A program made the translations under genes and the position numbers. The notes under the pieces are model-generated. The model saw nothing but the letters and a program-made list of their open reading frames with translations, did no database searches and was not told where the DNA came from. DNA of 63,825 bases, counting the filler, from Folioceros fuciformis (lineage: Eukaryota): NCBI GenBank assembly GCA_049999805.1. It is 6 parts of 6 records of this genome, joined end to end, with 100 filler letters (N's around TTAATTAATTAA, not from the genome) between each part and the next. Parts side by side here need not be neighbours in the genome. Positions count along the whole stretch, not along the records: positions 1 to 7,286 come from JBNGIO010005385.1; positions 7,387 to 19,421 come from JBNGIO010005386.1; 4 more parts are not named here. One strand, 5' to 3'. Below, piece after piece: positions 1-12,036 of this stretch. Within the stretch, counting starts at the first letter, position 1; the number at the start of each line of letters is the position of its first letter.

Positions 1-308
1 TTCATCCCTATTTTTCTTGATTTAATTCCAGAAATTCCAATTCAACTCCGTTTCACCTGCTTTCTTCTCCTCCTAGTTTGGGGCCTCCCCCAGCAGGAGC
101 GAGTAGGGAAGTGTAGAAGGTAGTGGTGTCATTGTTAGTTGCTGGTGTTGGCGCTGGAGTGAGAGAGTGAGTGAGGGAAGTCGCAGATCTAAGAGGTTAG
201 GGTCATTGTAGTGACTAGAGTGAGTTTGTGGGCACCGAGAGGTGCGGCTGACCGCAGGACAGCGAGGCCTGTCCTACGCCTGATCAGAGCTGGAGGGGAG
301 CCCTCGAA
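1..308 (-). mobile_element. Internal part of LTR family 'B' (family 5' end TGTGGAGG(C/A)AAAACCCCGGG)
   Basis: 95-308 aligns closely with ~28720-28950; 230-308 matches the reverse complement of ~49503-49581. Confidence 0.8.
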
Positions 309-1339
309 TGGCCAGCTACAGAGGTAGATCGGGACGTAGCAGGGTGGCTAGCTGATATGGTGGCAGAGCGCCTGGGGCTGGTTGGCTAGATGCAGCTGGA
401 GGCAGGGCGGCGCCGAGTTCAGCCAACTAGGACGGCACGGGCTGGTTAACAGGGGAGTCTATTTACAAGGAGATGATCACTTGAGATCGGGCTGGCTGAC
501 CCAGGCGCTGGTCGACCTGGCGAGCAGGCTGGAGGCTGATGGATCCGGGAGGCAGGAGGTCGGTTGAGCAGGCAAGGGGCCGGGTTGATCAGCTAGTAGG
601 GGTGGTTGCCGGTGGGATCCAGGTAGGCATAGGCGCTCGGGGACGGCCAGGTCCGAAGGCAGGCCCCAATGACACTGTGGAGGGGTGCTGAATTGGGCAG
701 TGCAAAGCGGGGGCTGGTGCCTAGGGAGGAATACGGGCCATGGTAGCGACGTGTGCAATCGAAGGGGGGAATCGTATGCATCGGAGAGGAGCGTCTTCAA
801 CCACGGCTCTAGGCAATGTGCAGTGCAGGGGTACTTTCTGGGTCTAGAGAATGAGCAGCGGTGGAAGTGTCTGGCCGAGCGGCCGGTGTGGAGTACCAGG
901 TGCCCTCGCAGAAAGGGGAAAGATGGTGGCGAGGGCGTGCTTCATCTACTACTAGACGATGGTTCCAGGCAAGAGTGTTGTCACTTTGATACACTCAAAA
1001 TCACCAAGTGGGCTGCCAGGAGAATGAGTGCAGACGAAGCTGGGGGACACCACCCCAACTAGAGGACATAGGTGGCATTCGGCTTGCCATCCGCAAGCAG
1101 CATGCCTGGTCGTTTGAAGGTAGAAAGCCCTTAGTACGGGCGTGCTCCTAGTGGGTGGGAAGCCCAGTGATGGTTATGTGGGCAGAGATGGTGGGTTGTT
1201 GCAGATGGTGGGTTGTCGCTTCCGATGCCAAGCCCACAAGGTGCTCATTCAGGGGCACTAGAGGGGTAGTTTTTCCGGGTCAGGGGTCCTTTTTCCGGGT
1301 CAGGGGTCTTGGCCAGCAGAGTGGAGGGAGGGACCTGAG

Positions 1340-2380
1340 GGCGAAGGGGGTTGATTGTTGGTAGGGGCAACTAGTGTCCAGGAGGTTAGCGTTAGGCTTG
1401 GTTTAGGTGGGGTTAGGATTAGGTCATAATTAGGGTTAGGTTAGAGTTAGGTCTAGGTCTAGGTCAAAGTTAAGGGCGGCTTAGGTTAGAATTAGGGATA
1501 GGCTTAGGTTGGAGAGAGAGACTATTGGCAACGGACTGAGGCTAACCCTAGTAGACAGAGATGGGGGTCCTGGGCCAGGGTAGTATAAGGGGCCAGACCT
1601 GCTATTGAGGAGGGGCGGTCTACGGTGTGATGTCCCCGGACCTTGTGTGCAGAACTCCTGGCTTAGGGCGCTGAGCCGGTTGAGATCGAACCGAGGTCCT
1701 GATTTCCCTTGCCACTAGGGGAACGTGGAGATCCCAAGACTGTCAAGATCCGTGTGGCCAGATCCGCAAGGGCTGCATGATTCGCAGGCTGGCTGAGTGA
1801 AGAAACAGGACCGTGAGCTGGAGGGCTATCCAGTCCTAGTATCCACACTATGCTTGAAGGCTGCAGGGAGTGAAGCCATTGTGTCCCAATTTCCAAGGGG
1901 CAGCTGAAGAAAAGAGAGGAAGAGTTGGGGTGAAATGCATAGAAGTGAAGAGTGAGCTGCTAAAGTGCAGGAGTGTGTGTTGAAGTGAAGGGTGGAGGAC
2001 TGAAGTGAAGAGNNNNNNNNNNTGCAGGAGTGTGTGTTGAAGTGAAGGGTGGAGGACTGAAGTGAAGAGGAAGGGACTGAAGTGGGAATCTTGAAGAGCT
2101 GAGGTGAAGGAGAAAGGACTGAAGTGGGAATCTTGAAGAGCTGAAGGACTGAAGAACAGGAGTGTGAGATGTGTGAGCTGACTTGGGGGATAGGCTAGGC
2201 TTCTAGCCTTTTTGTTGTGAGTGTATAGTCAGGCCTATAGACCGGCTGATAGGTAGAAGTGTGATAGGTAGCGTTCCTTGGCACTAGTTCACTCCCTTGG
2301 GAGCGAACCACAAGACTGCAACGACAATAAGGGGATGTGTGGCCCTTGGGTGGTTCTTGGGTGCAAGAAATCACTCCACA
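1340..2380 (-). mobile_element. 5' ~1 kb of LTR family 'A' (starts TGTGGAGTGATTTCTTGCACCCAAG), inverted half of a split solo LTR
   Basis: Homologous to 29504-~30600; flanked by CTTAC at 2381-2385 (reverse complement of TSD GTAAG). Left boundary approximate. Confidence 0.8.
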
Positions 2381-2385
2381 CTTAC

Positions 2386-3211
2386 CTTCAATTTTGTTGA
2401 GAGGCAAGCAAGATGCAAGTATGAACTTGCAAAGAATCTTGTACCTATAGTGAGGGCAGAGGGGGTAGGTTGTTTCTTCACAACCACGTGAGTCTCAGCA
2501 ACTGATGAACCCTCCTTGTGAGGAACACCAGATTGCTTCTTTCTACACTCATGTTCGAATAACTAGGTAACTTGCACCAGTTACAAGTTCTTGTTCTTTT
2601 GGGTTTTCTTTGGTTGGCTCCTTGTCCTTGTGAGCCACCACCTCTAGATGTACTTCCTCCACCTTTATTGTAGGGTTTTCCTCCCCCTCGACCCCTATTG
2701 GATGTGTAGAGGGCTTGCTGTTTTCCTGAACATTTACTGGAATCCTTTATTGCTTCTTCTTGGAGCAATGCTCCCATTAACTCTGCAAAAGTGGTTTCAA
2801 GAAGTGTAACATTTGCTGCCTTTGCCAGGTTTGAGGTTTGAAGATGTGAAGCATTAAAAGATGTCACGAAATGTGACCATGATTCTGGGAGAGATAGTAA
2901 GAAGTATAAGGTTAACATGTCTTCTTTGACACTCTCATTTGAGGCACTCTCCAGTTTCGAGACAAGTGTCCTGAAATGACCAAGGTGCTTCTCTACTGAT
3001 TCTCCATCTTTCATCTTGCAATTCTGTAAATTACGCAAGGCTGTCAACTTACTCGTTGTGTTGTTGCCTGAATACAGGTCCTGAAGTCGTGTCCAGATTT
3101 CTGCTGAGGTTTTACATTCGGATGTTTGCCTCAGCATATCTGAGGTTAAACCACTCCGGACGAGGAACATGGCAGCTTCATCCTTATCCACCCATTCGTC
3201 CTGTTTCATTT
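2386..3211 (-). pseudogene. gag: Ty1/copia gag fragment (UBN2-type gag, broken zinc knuckle), inverted relative to its pol
   Basis: KTSAEIWTRLQDLY...KMKDGESVEKHL...LLSLPESWSHFV...CNWCK. Confidence 0.9.
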
Positions 3212-4479
3212 TGTGGAGGAAAAACCCCGGGCACTGATTGCCAACGGGTTCCACCTTTAGTGGCCACGGCTGCCTGGATCCACCTGCAGGCTGCCCTTGC
3301 CGCTGGGGCGCCGGCCAGCTCCTCAGCAGCCGCTGCCAAGCTACCTGGCGACTGCCTGGATGCCTGGCCGAAATCGCCTACTTCTGGCCTGCCCGCTAGC
3401 TGGCTGGCGATCCGGCCAGCGCTTGTCTAGGCCCGCCGCGACGAGTCGTCATGACCCGGCCCCTGTCCAGCTCGCCTGTTGGTTGCTTGGTCTAGCTACA
3501 ACCAGCCCGGCTCCAGAATCGGGCAGGCAGCCATCATCTGCCGACGCTGGTTACATCTCTCCACAGCCAGCCACCCCACCGACCGGATTTCAGCCTACCC
3601 ACCTGCTTGGCTAGCAAATCAGCCCGACCTCCCGATCTAGCCAGGCAGCCTGCCTGCTTGGCCTGGCTTCCTGTTGGGCCGCCTAGCTCCTACAGCCAGG
3701 CACTTCACCCCCGAGTCCTCCCAATCAGCTCCCCGCGCTGCAGCCATCAACGGCCCGACTCAAGCCCACCCCGCCCAGCTCCTTGCAAGCCAGGCGCCTT
3801 CCTGCTATCAGCCCAACTTGACCAGCCGCCATGCCTGATCCACTCAGGCAGCCGGCTTGCTGACCTGCCTACCTTCGTCCCGGCCCACTCCTGTGGTCGG
3901 TCCGACTCCTAGTTCCCTGACCCTGTTGCCAACCCAACCGGCCCTGGCTGCGGCTTGCATGCAGCTGGCCGACCTGGCTGCTGGTCAGGTTCCTCAGCAG
4001 CCAGGGGGCCCCTGGCTTGCTTGTGCTACCCATTCAAATGGGCTGGGTTGGGCTGTTTAGCGTTCCGGCCAAACCCGCTTGGATCGCCTGCCGGGCGACT
4101 TGCCCCTCAGCACCCGCTGCCATCCATTACCGCTTGGATCAGCCCAAGGCCCGTCTGGCCTACATCCAGCACCACCTCGGGCTGCCTACCTGACCACCTC
4201 TAGCTGCAGCCAGCCAGCGGCCGCATGGCGATCCGACCAGGCCCACCTACCAGGATCTGCCCAACCAGCCGCCCGTTCTGCTCCCCCGTTACCTTACCCC
4301 GAGGAACCAGAGCCCGTGCCCTATCTACCACACAACCTACCTACTCTATCGACTCACCATAAATCTAGCTACTATTCTAGCCTAATCCCCCAACCTTTCC
4401 TCTACGACACTCACTCACGGATCCAAAAAAAAGAAAACCTATCCTTTCCCAGGGGTCTGTTCAGCATGTGGAGTCCACA
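3212..4479 (+). mobile_element. Chimeric LTR: family B 5' end (3212-3267), GC-rich filler, family A 3' end (~4330-4479, ends TGTGGAGTCCACA)
   Basis: 3212-3267 matches 49341-49396; ~4350-4479 matches ~30720-30851; followed by GTAAG at 4480-4484. Confidence 0.75.
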
Positions 4480-4484
4480 GTAAG

Positions 4485-6556
4485 CCAAGCTGTAGACTAG
4501 TACTTAGATACAGGTGCTACAGCACACATTTGCTTTGACAGAGGATCTTTTCAAACATATCAGTCAGTTAAGGATCAATACGTTTACCTAGGAGATGACA
4601 GATCCTTAGTGTCTCCTAGCCGTGGCACAATAGACTTATTAGTTCCGTCAGGTGCAGTACTAACACTGCATGATGTTTATTATGTGCCAGATATGACTAG
4701 AAATTTAATTTCAGTCAGAAAGTTGAATGCTGACAACAACTATCACATGCTATTCACAAGAACTGAGTGTCAACTGCTTGATGCATTTGACCATAGAAAA
4801 ATACTTCCCTACGGTTCTAAAGACCATGATTTATTTCGTCTTCATACAAGTAGTGGTGCTCCAACTTCTCACTTCACTCGAGATGTCACCATTGTATCTG
4901 CACAGCAAATAGACAAGTCTAAGTTATGGTATGCAAGACTAGGTCACCCTCACACAGCAAAACTACAGAGGTTAGCTATTAGTGACCTTTACCAAGATGG
5001 ACCAATTGGAACGTTGGCTCCACTCACACTTTGTGAATCCTGTGTTCTTTCTAAGAGACATCAACCTGCTTTTAAGAATAAAGCACCTCACACGGCTTCA
5101 GAGGTTTTAGAACTTGTGCACACATATTTGTGTGGCTCACTCTCATAGGAATCCATAGGTGGTGGGAGATACTTCCTTGCTTGTACAGATGACAAAACCA
5201 GGTTTGTCACCACCTACATTTTGAAGCAGAAAAGTGAGTGCTTTAGACATTTTAGAGATTATCTAAAGTATGCTGAAAGGTGGACTAGAATTAGCTAAAA
5301 ACCTTGAGATCAGATAATGGGGGAGAGTTTACCTCCAATGAATTTCAGGCTTTCTATGTTGTTGAAGGCATTGGTTGATAGCTAACAGTTGTCTATACCC
5401 CTCAACAGAATGGAGTTGTTGAGCGACTTAACCTAACTTTGCAGGAAATGACATCCTCGTTGTTACATTCTGCTCGGCTTTCCTTGTCATATTGGGCAGA
5501 AGCCATTATGACTTCAACATACCTTAGAAATAGGTTACCCACAACGTCAGTTGTAGGTAAAACCCCCTATGAGGCCTTTATAGGTCGCAAACCATCAGTT
5601 CAACACTTGCAAACTTTTGGTTGTGTGGCTTATGCCTTCATACCTAAGGAGAAGGGGAAAAGTTGTTAGATAAGCTAAAATGCATCTCATGTTAGGTTAT
5701 ACAGAAGGAATCAAAACCTATAAGATTTATGATGTCCGTAAGAACAAGATTGTATATGCCCAAAGTGTTACCTTTGATGAAAGTCACACCTGGGCATCCT
5801 TAGAGTCTAGTGAGGATCCTGTCCTCAACAATGATGAAGACTCCACAGGCTTTGTTGATTCCTATTTTGACCAAACTGATCATGGAACTCAACATGTTCG
5901 ACTTGAGGACATTGTTCCTGCAGGTGGGGAAGACATAGCAGATTTTGATTTTGCAGATACTAACGAGGCAGGTGTAGTTGACAATGAAACCATACCTGTG
6001 CTTGAAGATCCAAATCCGCTACCCTTGCATGAACAACATCCTCCCGTTCCTGAAGACGAACAGAACGCAACATTGGAGATGGATGATGATGATGCTGATC
6101 CTGTTTCTACTCAGCCTGTACGGGAAACTCAGCCTATAGACCCATCTCGACGATATCCATATCGTCAGAGGCAACCTCCAGATTATTATCGTGCGCCTGA
6201 TTTTAGAGTCACCTCTTCACATGTGGAAGTCAATACTACCATGTCCTTGGATCCTGTTGAACCATAGTCCTATCAAGAGGCGTTGAGCCGACTTGATCAC
6301 ATTGAATGGGAGAAAGCTATTCAGTCAGAATATGACTCTTTAATCGAAAATGGCACATGGGAGCTTGCAAAATTGCCACCATGCAGAAAGTTGGTTTCGT
6401 GCAAATGGGTTTTCAAATTAAAAGTAAAGATAGATGGTACCTTCAATAGGTACAAGGCTTGCTTGGTCGCAAGGGGATTCTCTCAGGTCCCAGGACTGGA
6501 CTATCTTGAAACTTGTGCTCCAGTTGTCAAGCTTGCCACCCTAAAAACAATCCTTG
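4485..6556 (+). pseudogene. pol: Ty1/copia pol (protease, GAG-pre-integrase, integrase, N-terminal RT), with stops and frameshifts
   Basis: YLDTGATAHIC; WYARLGH; RSDNGGEF; PQQNGV; YWAEA; CKWVFKLK...KACLVARGFSQ; truncated at 6556. Confidence 0.95.
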
Positions 6557-6910
6557 TGTGAGCTCTCAATCTTTGGGGACCGGGGTGGTCGATGGAGGCG
6601 GTTGTTGTGGAGACGGTGATGAAGGTTAGGAAAAGGCGAAATGAAGCGGGAGCGCGCTCGGAGACTGAGCTTGCATTTGTTCTTGGGAAATAAACAGAGG
6701 CAAGGGCGGAGGTAAAATTTGTTGACGTGCAGGGCGAGAGTTGGTGATTGCCGAAGAAGGTGGTGACGGATGGCAGCCCCTGACGTTGAGACGAGACTGG
6801 AGTCGGAGGGAAGCGCTCGACGCTCGTCTGCTATTTCTTCACATTGCCAGATCCTCGGTCCGCGGGACCCCGGGAAGAGTGTGGCGGCCGTGGAATCGGA
6901 CACGACTGCC

Positions 6911-7286
<376 letters not shown>

Positions 7287-7386
7287 NNNNNNNNNNNNNN
7301 NNNNNNNNNNNNNNNNNNNNNNNNNNNNNNTTAATTAATTAANNNNNNNNNNNNNNNNNNNNNNNNNNNNNNNNNNNNNNNNNNNN
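7287..7386. other. Artificial contig linker 44N-TTAATTAATTAA-44N (also 19422-19521, 28613-28712, 49582-49681, 60031-60130)
   Basis: Identical 100-bp structure five times; the 12-mer has stops in all six frames. Confidence 0.97.
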
Positions 7387-10300
7387 GCGCCGCTCCTTAC
7401 GCGCGGGCGCCATGCAGGCCGCGAGCGCTGCTCCTTACACGCGAGCGCCGCTCCTTACGCGCGGGCGCCGTGATGTGGCCAGGCCCAGGGGCACCATCGG
7501 ACGTGGGCCCTGGAGCACCGAGGCGCGTGCACGGCCGCCTCGGTCGCCGAGGTGCGACGAGGCAAGGATAAGTGTCAGAGGCGCAAGCCTCACAGACGTC
7601 GGGCGAGGGAGAGTGGACGCCAAAGCGACACTGACACCGAGAGCAAAGGCGCGTGCCAGCTGAGATCCCAACCGTGAGGCGACCAGATTTCAATCGGAAA
7701 ATTTAGGCCCGTCGAGTCGGCTTGTGGACAGCCGATTCAAAACGATACATTTCATTTTGACCGATTTCTAACTAGCCTTTTGGTTGACTTGCATTGATTT
7801 TGAAACATGACGTCCTCAGCAAACGTCATGTTCAATATCGAGAAGTTAGATAGCACTAACTTCCCGTTCTGGAAAGAACAAGTCTATAATGTTCTAGTGC
7901 AAAAGAAGCAGATCAAGTTAATAAAATTACTAGGAGTGAAACCTGTTAGCATGACTCAGGATGAGTGGCAGGATCTAGATGAGCTTGCTAGGTCTACCAT
8001 CATGCTAACATTGTCGAAGTCGGTTTACTTCAACGTGAAAGACAAGATCACAAGTTTCGAGCTATGGCAGAAGTTATGTGACTTGTATGAGAAGCAAAGT
8101 GCGGCTTCTCAAGTGTATTGGTTGAAACAGCTGGTGGACTTGAAGATGAAGGAAGGGACGAGGATGTCTGATCATCAGAATGAGTTCAATATCATTTTCA
8201 GCCAGCTCTCATCTCAAGGTATCTCGTTCCCAGATTCGGTGAGAGCTATGTTTCTGTTGGTCACATTACCAGAGAGCTGAGACACCTTCTGTACAACTCT
8301 GAGTAATTTCACTCCTGCCAGTGGTCTTACCGTTGTAAATGTAGAAGGTAGCCTATTAACAGAGGAGGTGAACAAGAAGAATATGGAACCTTTCGAAATT
8401 GAGTGTTACCATTGTCACAAGAAGGGTCACATCAGGAAGGACTGCAAGAAGTTCAAGAAGGACAAAGGAAAGGAGAAGAAGCAGAGCGACAACAAGGCAA
8501 GTCTGAGTAACAAGCATGATGAGGTGAACTCTGTTGACAATGGAGATGTTCTTATCTCTTCTTCCTTCGATTCTGCACAATTGACAGCCTTCGAGAGTCA
8601 CTTATTCTCTAATTGGATAGTTGACTATGGAGCATCTTTCCATGTTACTCCGCATAGGGAGTGGTTTACCACTTATGACACTACTAGGAAAGGATGTGTT
8701 CGGTTGGAAATAACTACACATGCAAGATTGCAGGCGTTGGTGATGTGCAGCTGAAGTTCGACAATGATCTTCATTCGTACTGAAGGATGTTAGGCATGTT
8801 CCGAAGTTGACCAAAAGCATGATTAGCGCAGGGCAGTTGGATGACGCTGGCTACCACTGTTGGTTTGGAGATCGTTCTTGGAATATCTCCAAAGGTTCTC
8901 TTGTGTTAGCTCGTGGATCGAAGTGTGGCACTTTGTACTCACTTCAGGTAACCACTGTCAAGGATCATCTGATTTGTGTAACGAAACAGCCAAGTGTTTC
9001 CTTGTGGCATAGTCGATTAGGACATATGTCTCAAAAAGGAATGAAGATCTTATCTCGTTTTGGTTAAGTCCCTGCTTTTGACTTCTTTGATTGCTCCGTG
9101 TGTGAGCACTGTTTGTATGGGAAACAGACGAAGTCACCACATCGAGCAAGAGACACAAAAGTAAACCTCTTGAGTTGGTTCACATTGACCTTTGTGGACC
9201 TAGCCCACAGTATCGTTAGGTGGTGCATCCTATTTTGTCACTTTCGTAGATGATTTCTTACACAAGGTGTGGGTTTATCCTTTGAGGAAAAAGGATGATG
9301 TTTTGTCAGTGTTTCAGAAGTTCGTCACCCTTATGGAGAATCAGTCTGGCCTGCGACTGAAGTGTCTAAGGACAGACAATGGGGGAGAATATGTTTCGAA
9401 GGCTTTCCAGTCATTCTGTGATTCCAAGGGAATCAAGAGAGAATTGACTGCGCCGTATACTCCTCCCCAGAATGGTGTGGCAAACGGATGAACAGGACCA
9501 TCCAGGAGAGGATGCGTAGTTTGTTGTCAAACTCTAGATTGCCTAACGGATTTTGGGCAGAAGCAGTGGTTACGGCATTGCATCTTATTAACAGATCTCT
9601 TAATAGGGCTGTGGATGAGCGGGTTCCAGAGGAGATGTGGTCTGGAAAGAAGCTGTCATACAAGCATCTACGAGTGTTTGGCTGCGAGGCATACTATCAT
9701 GTTCCGAAGGAGTTTCGGGACAACTTGACTCCTAAGTCAAGAAAATGTATTTTTCTTGGCTATGGTGAATTTGGTGAGATGGGATACCGTCTATGGGATC
9801 TAGAGGCCAAGAGGATGGTTCGTAGCAATGACGTGTTCTTCAATGAGACCAAGATGTACAAGAAGCCTACTCCAACTGTGGAGGTGCGACATGTGGTCTT
9901 CCAAGAAGATGGACTTGACCGTCCCGCGCAAGTTGAACGTCGTGATGTGTAGGAACAAGTTCCTCCACTTGTAGAAGAGGAGAGAGTGCAACCAGCTCTG
10001 GTCGAGGCGCCAATGCTTCGTAGGTCAGGAAGGATCTCACGTCCTCCTGACAGGTATGTTGCATCTCTTGATTATGTCATGCTGACGAATTGTGGGGAGC
10101 CCTCTTGTTATCAAGAGGCTATGCCAGTGACTGACAAGAACAAATGGGAGAAGGCGATGCAGTCGCAGATGGATTCCCTCGATAAGAACCAAACTTGGGA
10201 GTTGGTTCGGTTGCCTAGGGGCCATAAGGCGTTGCCATGCAAATGAGTGTATAAGATGAAGGACATACCCCATTATGGCAAACCCAAGTACAAGGCGCGA

Positions 10301-12036
10301 TTGGTTGCTAAGGGTTTTAAGCAGCAGCAAGGTATTGACTTTGATGAGATTTTCTCACCAGTTGTCAAAATGACCACCTTGCGATGTGTTCTTGGTTTGG
10401 TTGCAAGGCACGACATGGAACTTGTCCAGATGGATGTGAAGTCAACATTTTTGCAAAGTGATCTCCAGGAAGAGGTATGCATGGGTTACCAGAGGGTTTC
10501 ATTGAGAAGGGCAAAGAGAGTCTGGTGTGCAGGTTAAAGAAGAGCCTTTATGGTTTGAAGCAAGCACCCAAGGAGTGGTATTTCAAATTCCACTCATTTA
10601 TGCTTTCTCAAGGCTACAAACGTAGCGATGAGGATCATTGCCTCTATACGAAGCAAGCTAAGGCTAGAAGCTTGCTCATTCTGGTCCTCTATGTGGATGA
10701 TATGCTAATGCATGGGACTAACAGTGATGAGATTTCAGCGTTGAAGTCAAAGTTGAATGCTCGCTTTGACATGATAGACTTGGGAGAGGCAAACCATATT
10801 CTTGGCATGCGTATTGGTCGAGATAGACAGAAGCATTTGCTTTGCTTGTCTCGGACTGAATACATTAACAAGGTGCTTCAACGTTTCAATATGGAGAAGG
10901 GGAAGGTATTGAGTACTCCGTTGCCTCCCTATGTGAAACTGACGAGCAAGGATTGCCCAAGTTCTGCGGAGGACAAAGCTGAAATGGAGAAGGTTCCATA
11001 TTCATTAGCTGTAGGGAGTTTGATGTATGCAATGATTGCTACACGTTCTGACATTGCCTTTGCAGTAGGAGTGCTTAGTAGGTTTATGTCAAACCCTGGC
11101 AGGAAGCATTGGGAGGAACTGAAAGGAGTTATGAGGTACTTGAATGGTATGAAAGCTTTGTGCTTATGTTTTGGTAGTGAAGATGCATCTGTCGTGGGAT
11201 ATACGGATGCGAATTATGCAGGGGATATGGACAAAAGGAGGTCCACATCAGGTTATGTCTTCATGTGCACTAGAGGGGCAGTCTCATGGCGATCTCGTTT
11301 GCAATCGTGCATAATGCTATCTACCACAAAGGCTGAGTATGTTGCAGCGACTGAGGCGTGCAAGGAAGCCATGTGGCTTGCTCGTTTAGTGGGAGATTTG
11401 GGGATCAAGGTTGAGCTACCAGTGTTGCATTGTGATAGCCAAAGTGCTCTCCAGTTGGTGAAGAATCCAGTGTTTCATGCGAAGACCAAACATGTGGAAG
11501 TGAAGTATCACTTCATTCGAGAGGTGTTGGAAGACAAGAGGGTACAGCTAGACAAAGTTCACACCAATCAGAACCCTGCAGATGTTCTTACCAAGGGGCT
11601 CTCTACGGAGCAATTCGCACAAGCTTGGACACTCATGGGCATGAGGTAGAGCACTCTTCTATGAAGGTAAATTGGCCTTTAAGTGGGAGGTTGTAGGGTT
11701 ATTAAAGCCCAATGTGCTTAGACTAATGTGTTTAGTCTAAGATTAGTGTCTAGTTAAGTATCATTTGTTTAGATTAGCTTAAGCCAATATGTAGGAAGCT
11801 TCTTACGTAGCTTCCTGTGCGCTTCTTGTGAAGCTTCCTTAAGAGCTCTTCTAGAGGGTATACATATCCCCTTGAGCCCCCTTTGCAATTGAGAGACACA
11901 GAGAGTGTGAGACCTCTCTTTCTTCTCTCCTCCTTGCTTCCTCCTCTCCTCCTTCACCATGTGGCTCCTCTAGCGATCTTTCAGCGAGACAACTAGAGAA
12001 TCTGCCGAGTGGAACATATGTTTCTTCACCACAACA
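7387..12036 (+). mobile_element. Ty1/copia element, Tnt1/Tork-like; degenerate gag-pol 7807-11649, 5' LTR outside contig
   Basis: IEKLDSTNFPFWK; CYHCHKKGHIRKDC; WIVDYGASFH; RTDNGGEY; LYVDDML; RNase H DKRRSTSGY; PPT 11681-11691. Confidence 0.93.
11692..12036 (+). repeat. 3' LTR of the Tork-like copia (~345 bp, TGTAG...CAACA)
   Basis: Begins immediately after PPT AAGTGGGAGGT; 3' end inferred from CAACA. Confidence 0.75.

Noticed and set aside
3056-4483. Multiple Pro/Ala-rich ORFs
   Set aside because: By-product of C-rich low-complexity sequence; no recognisable domains
7331-7342. Recurrent TTAATTAATTAA motif as a biological site
   Set aside because: Always centred in 44N+44N; it is an assembly linker, so adjacency across linkers has no biological meaning
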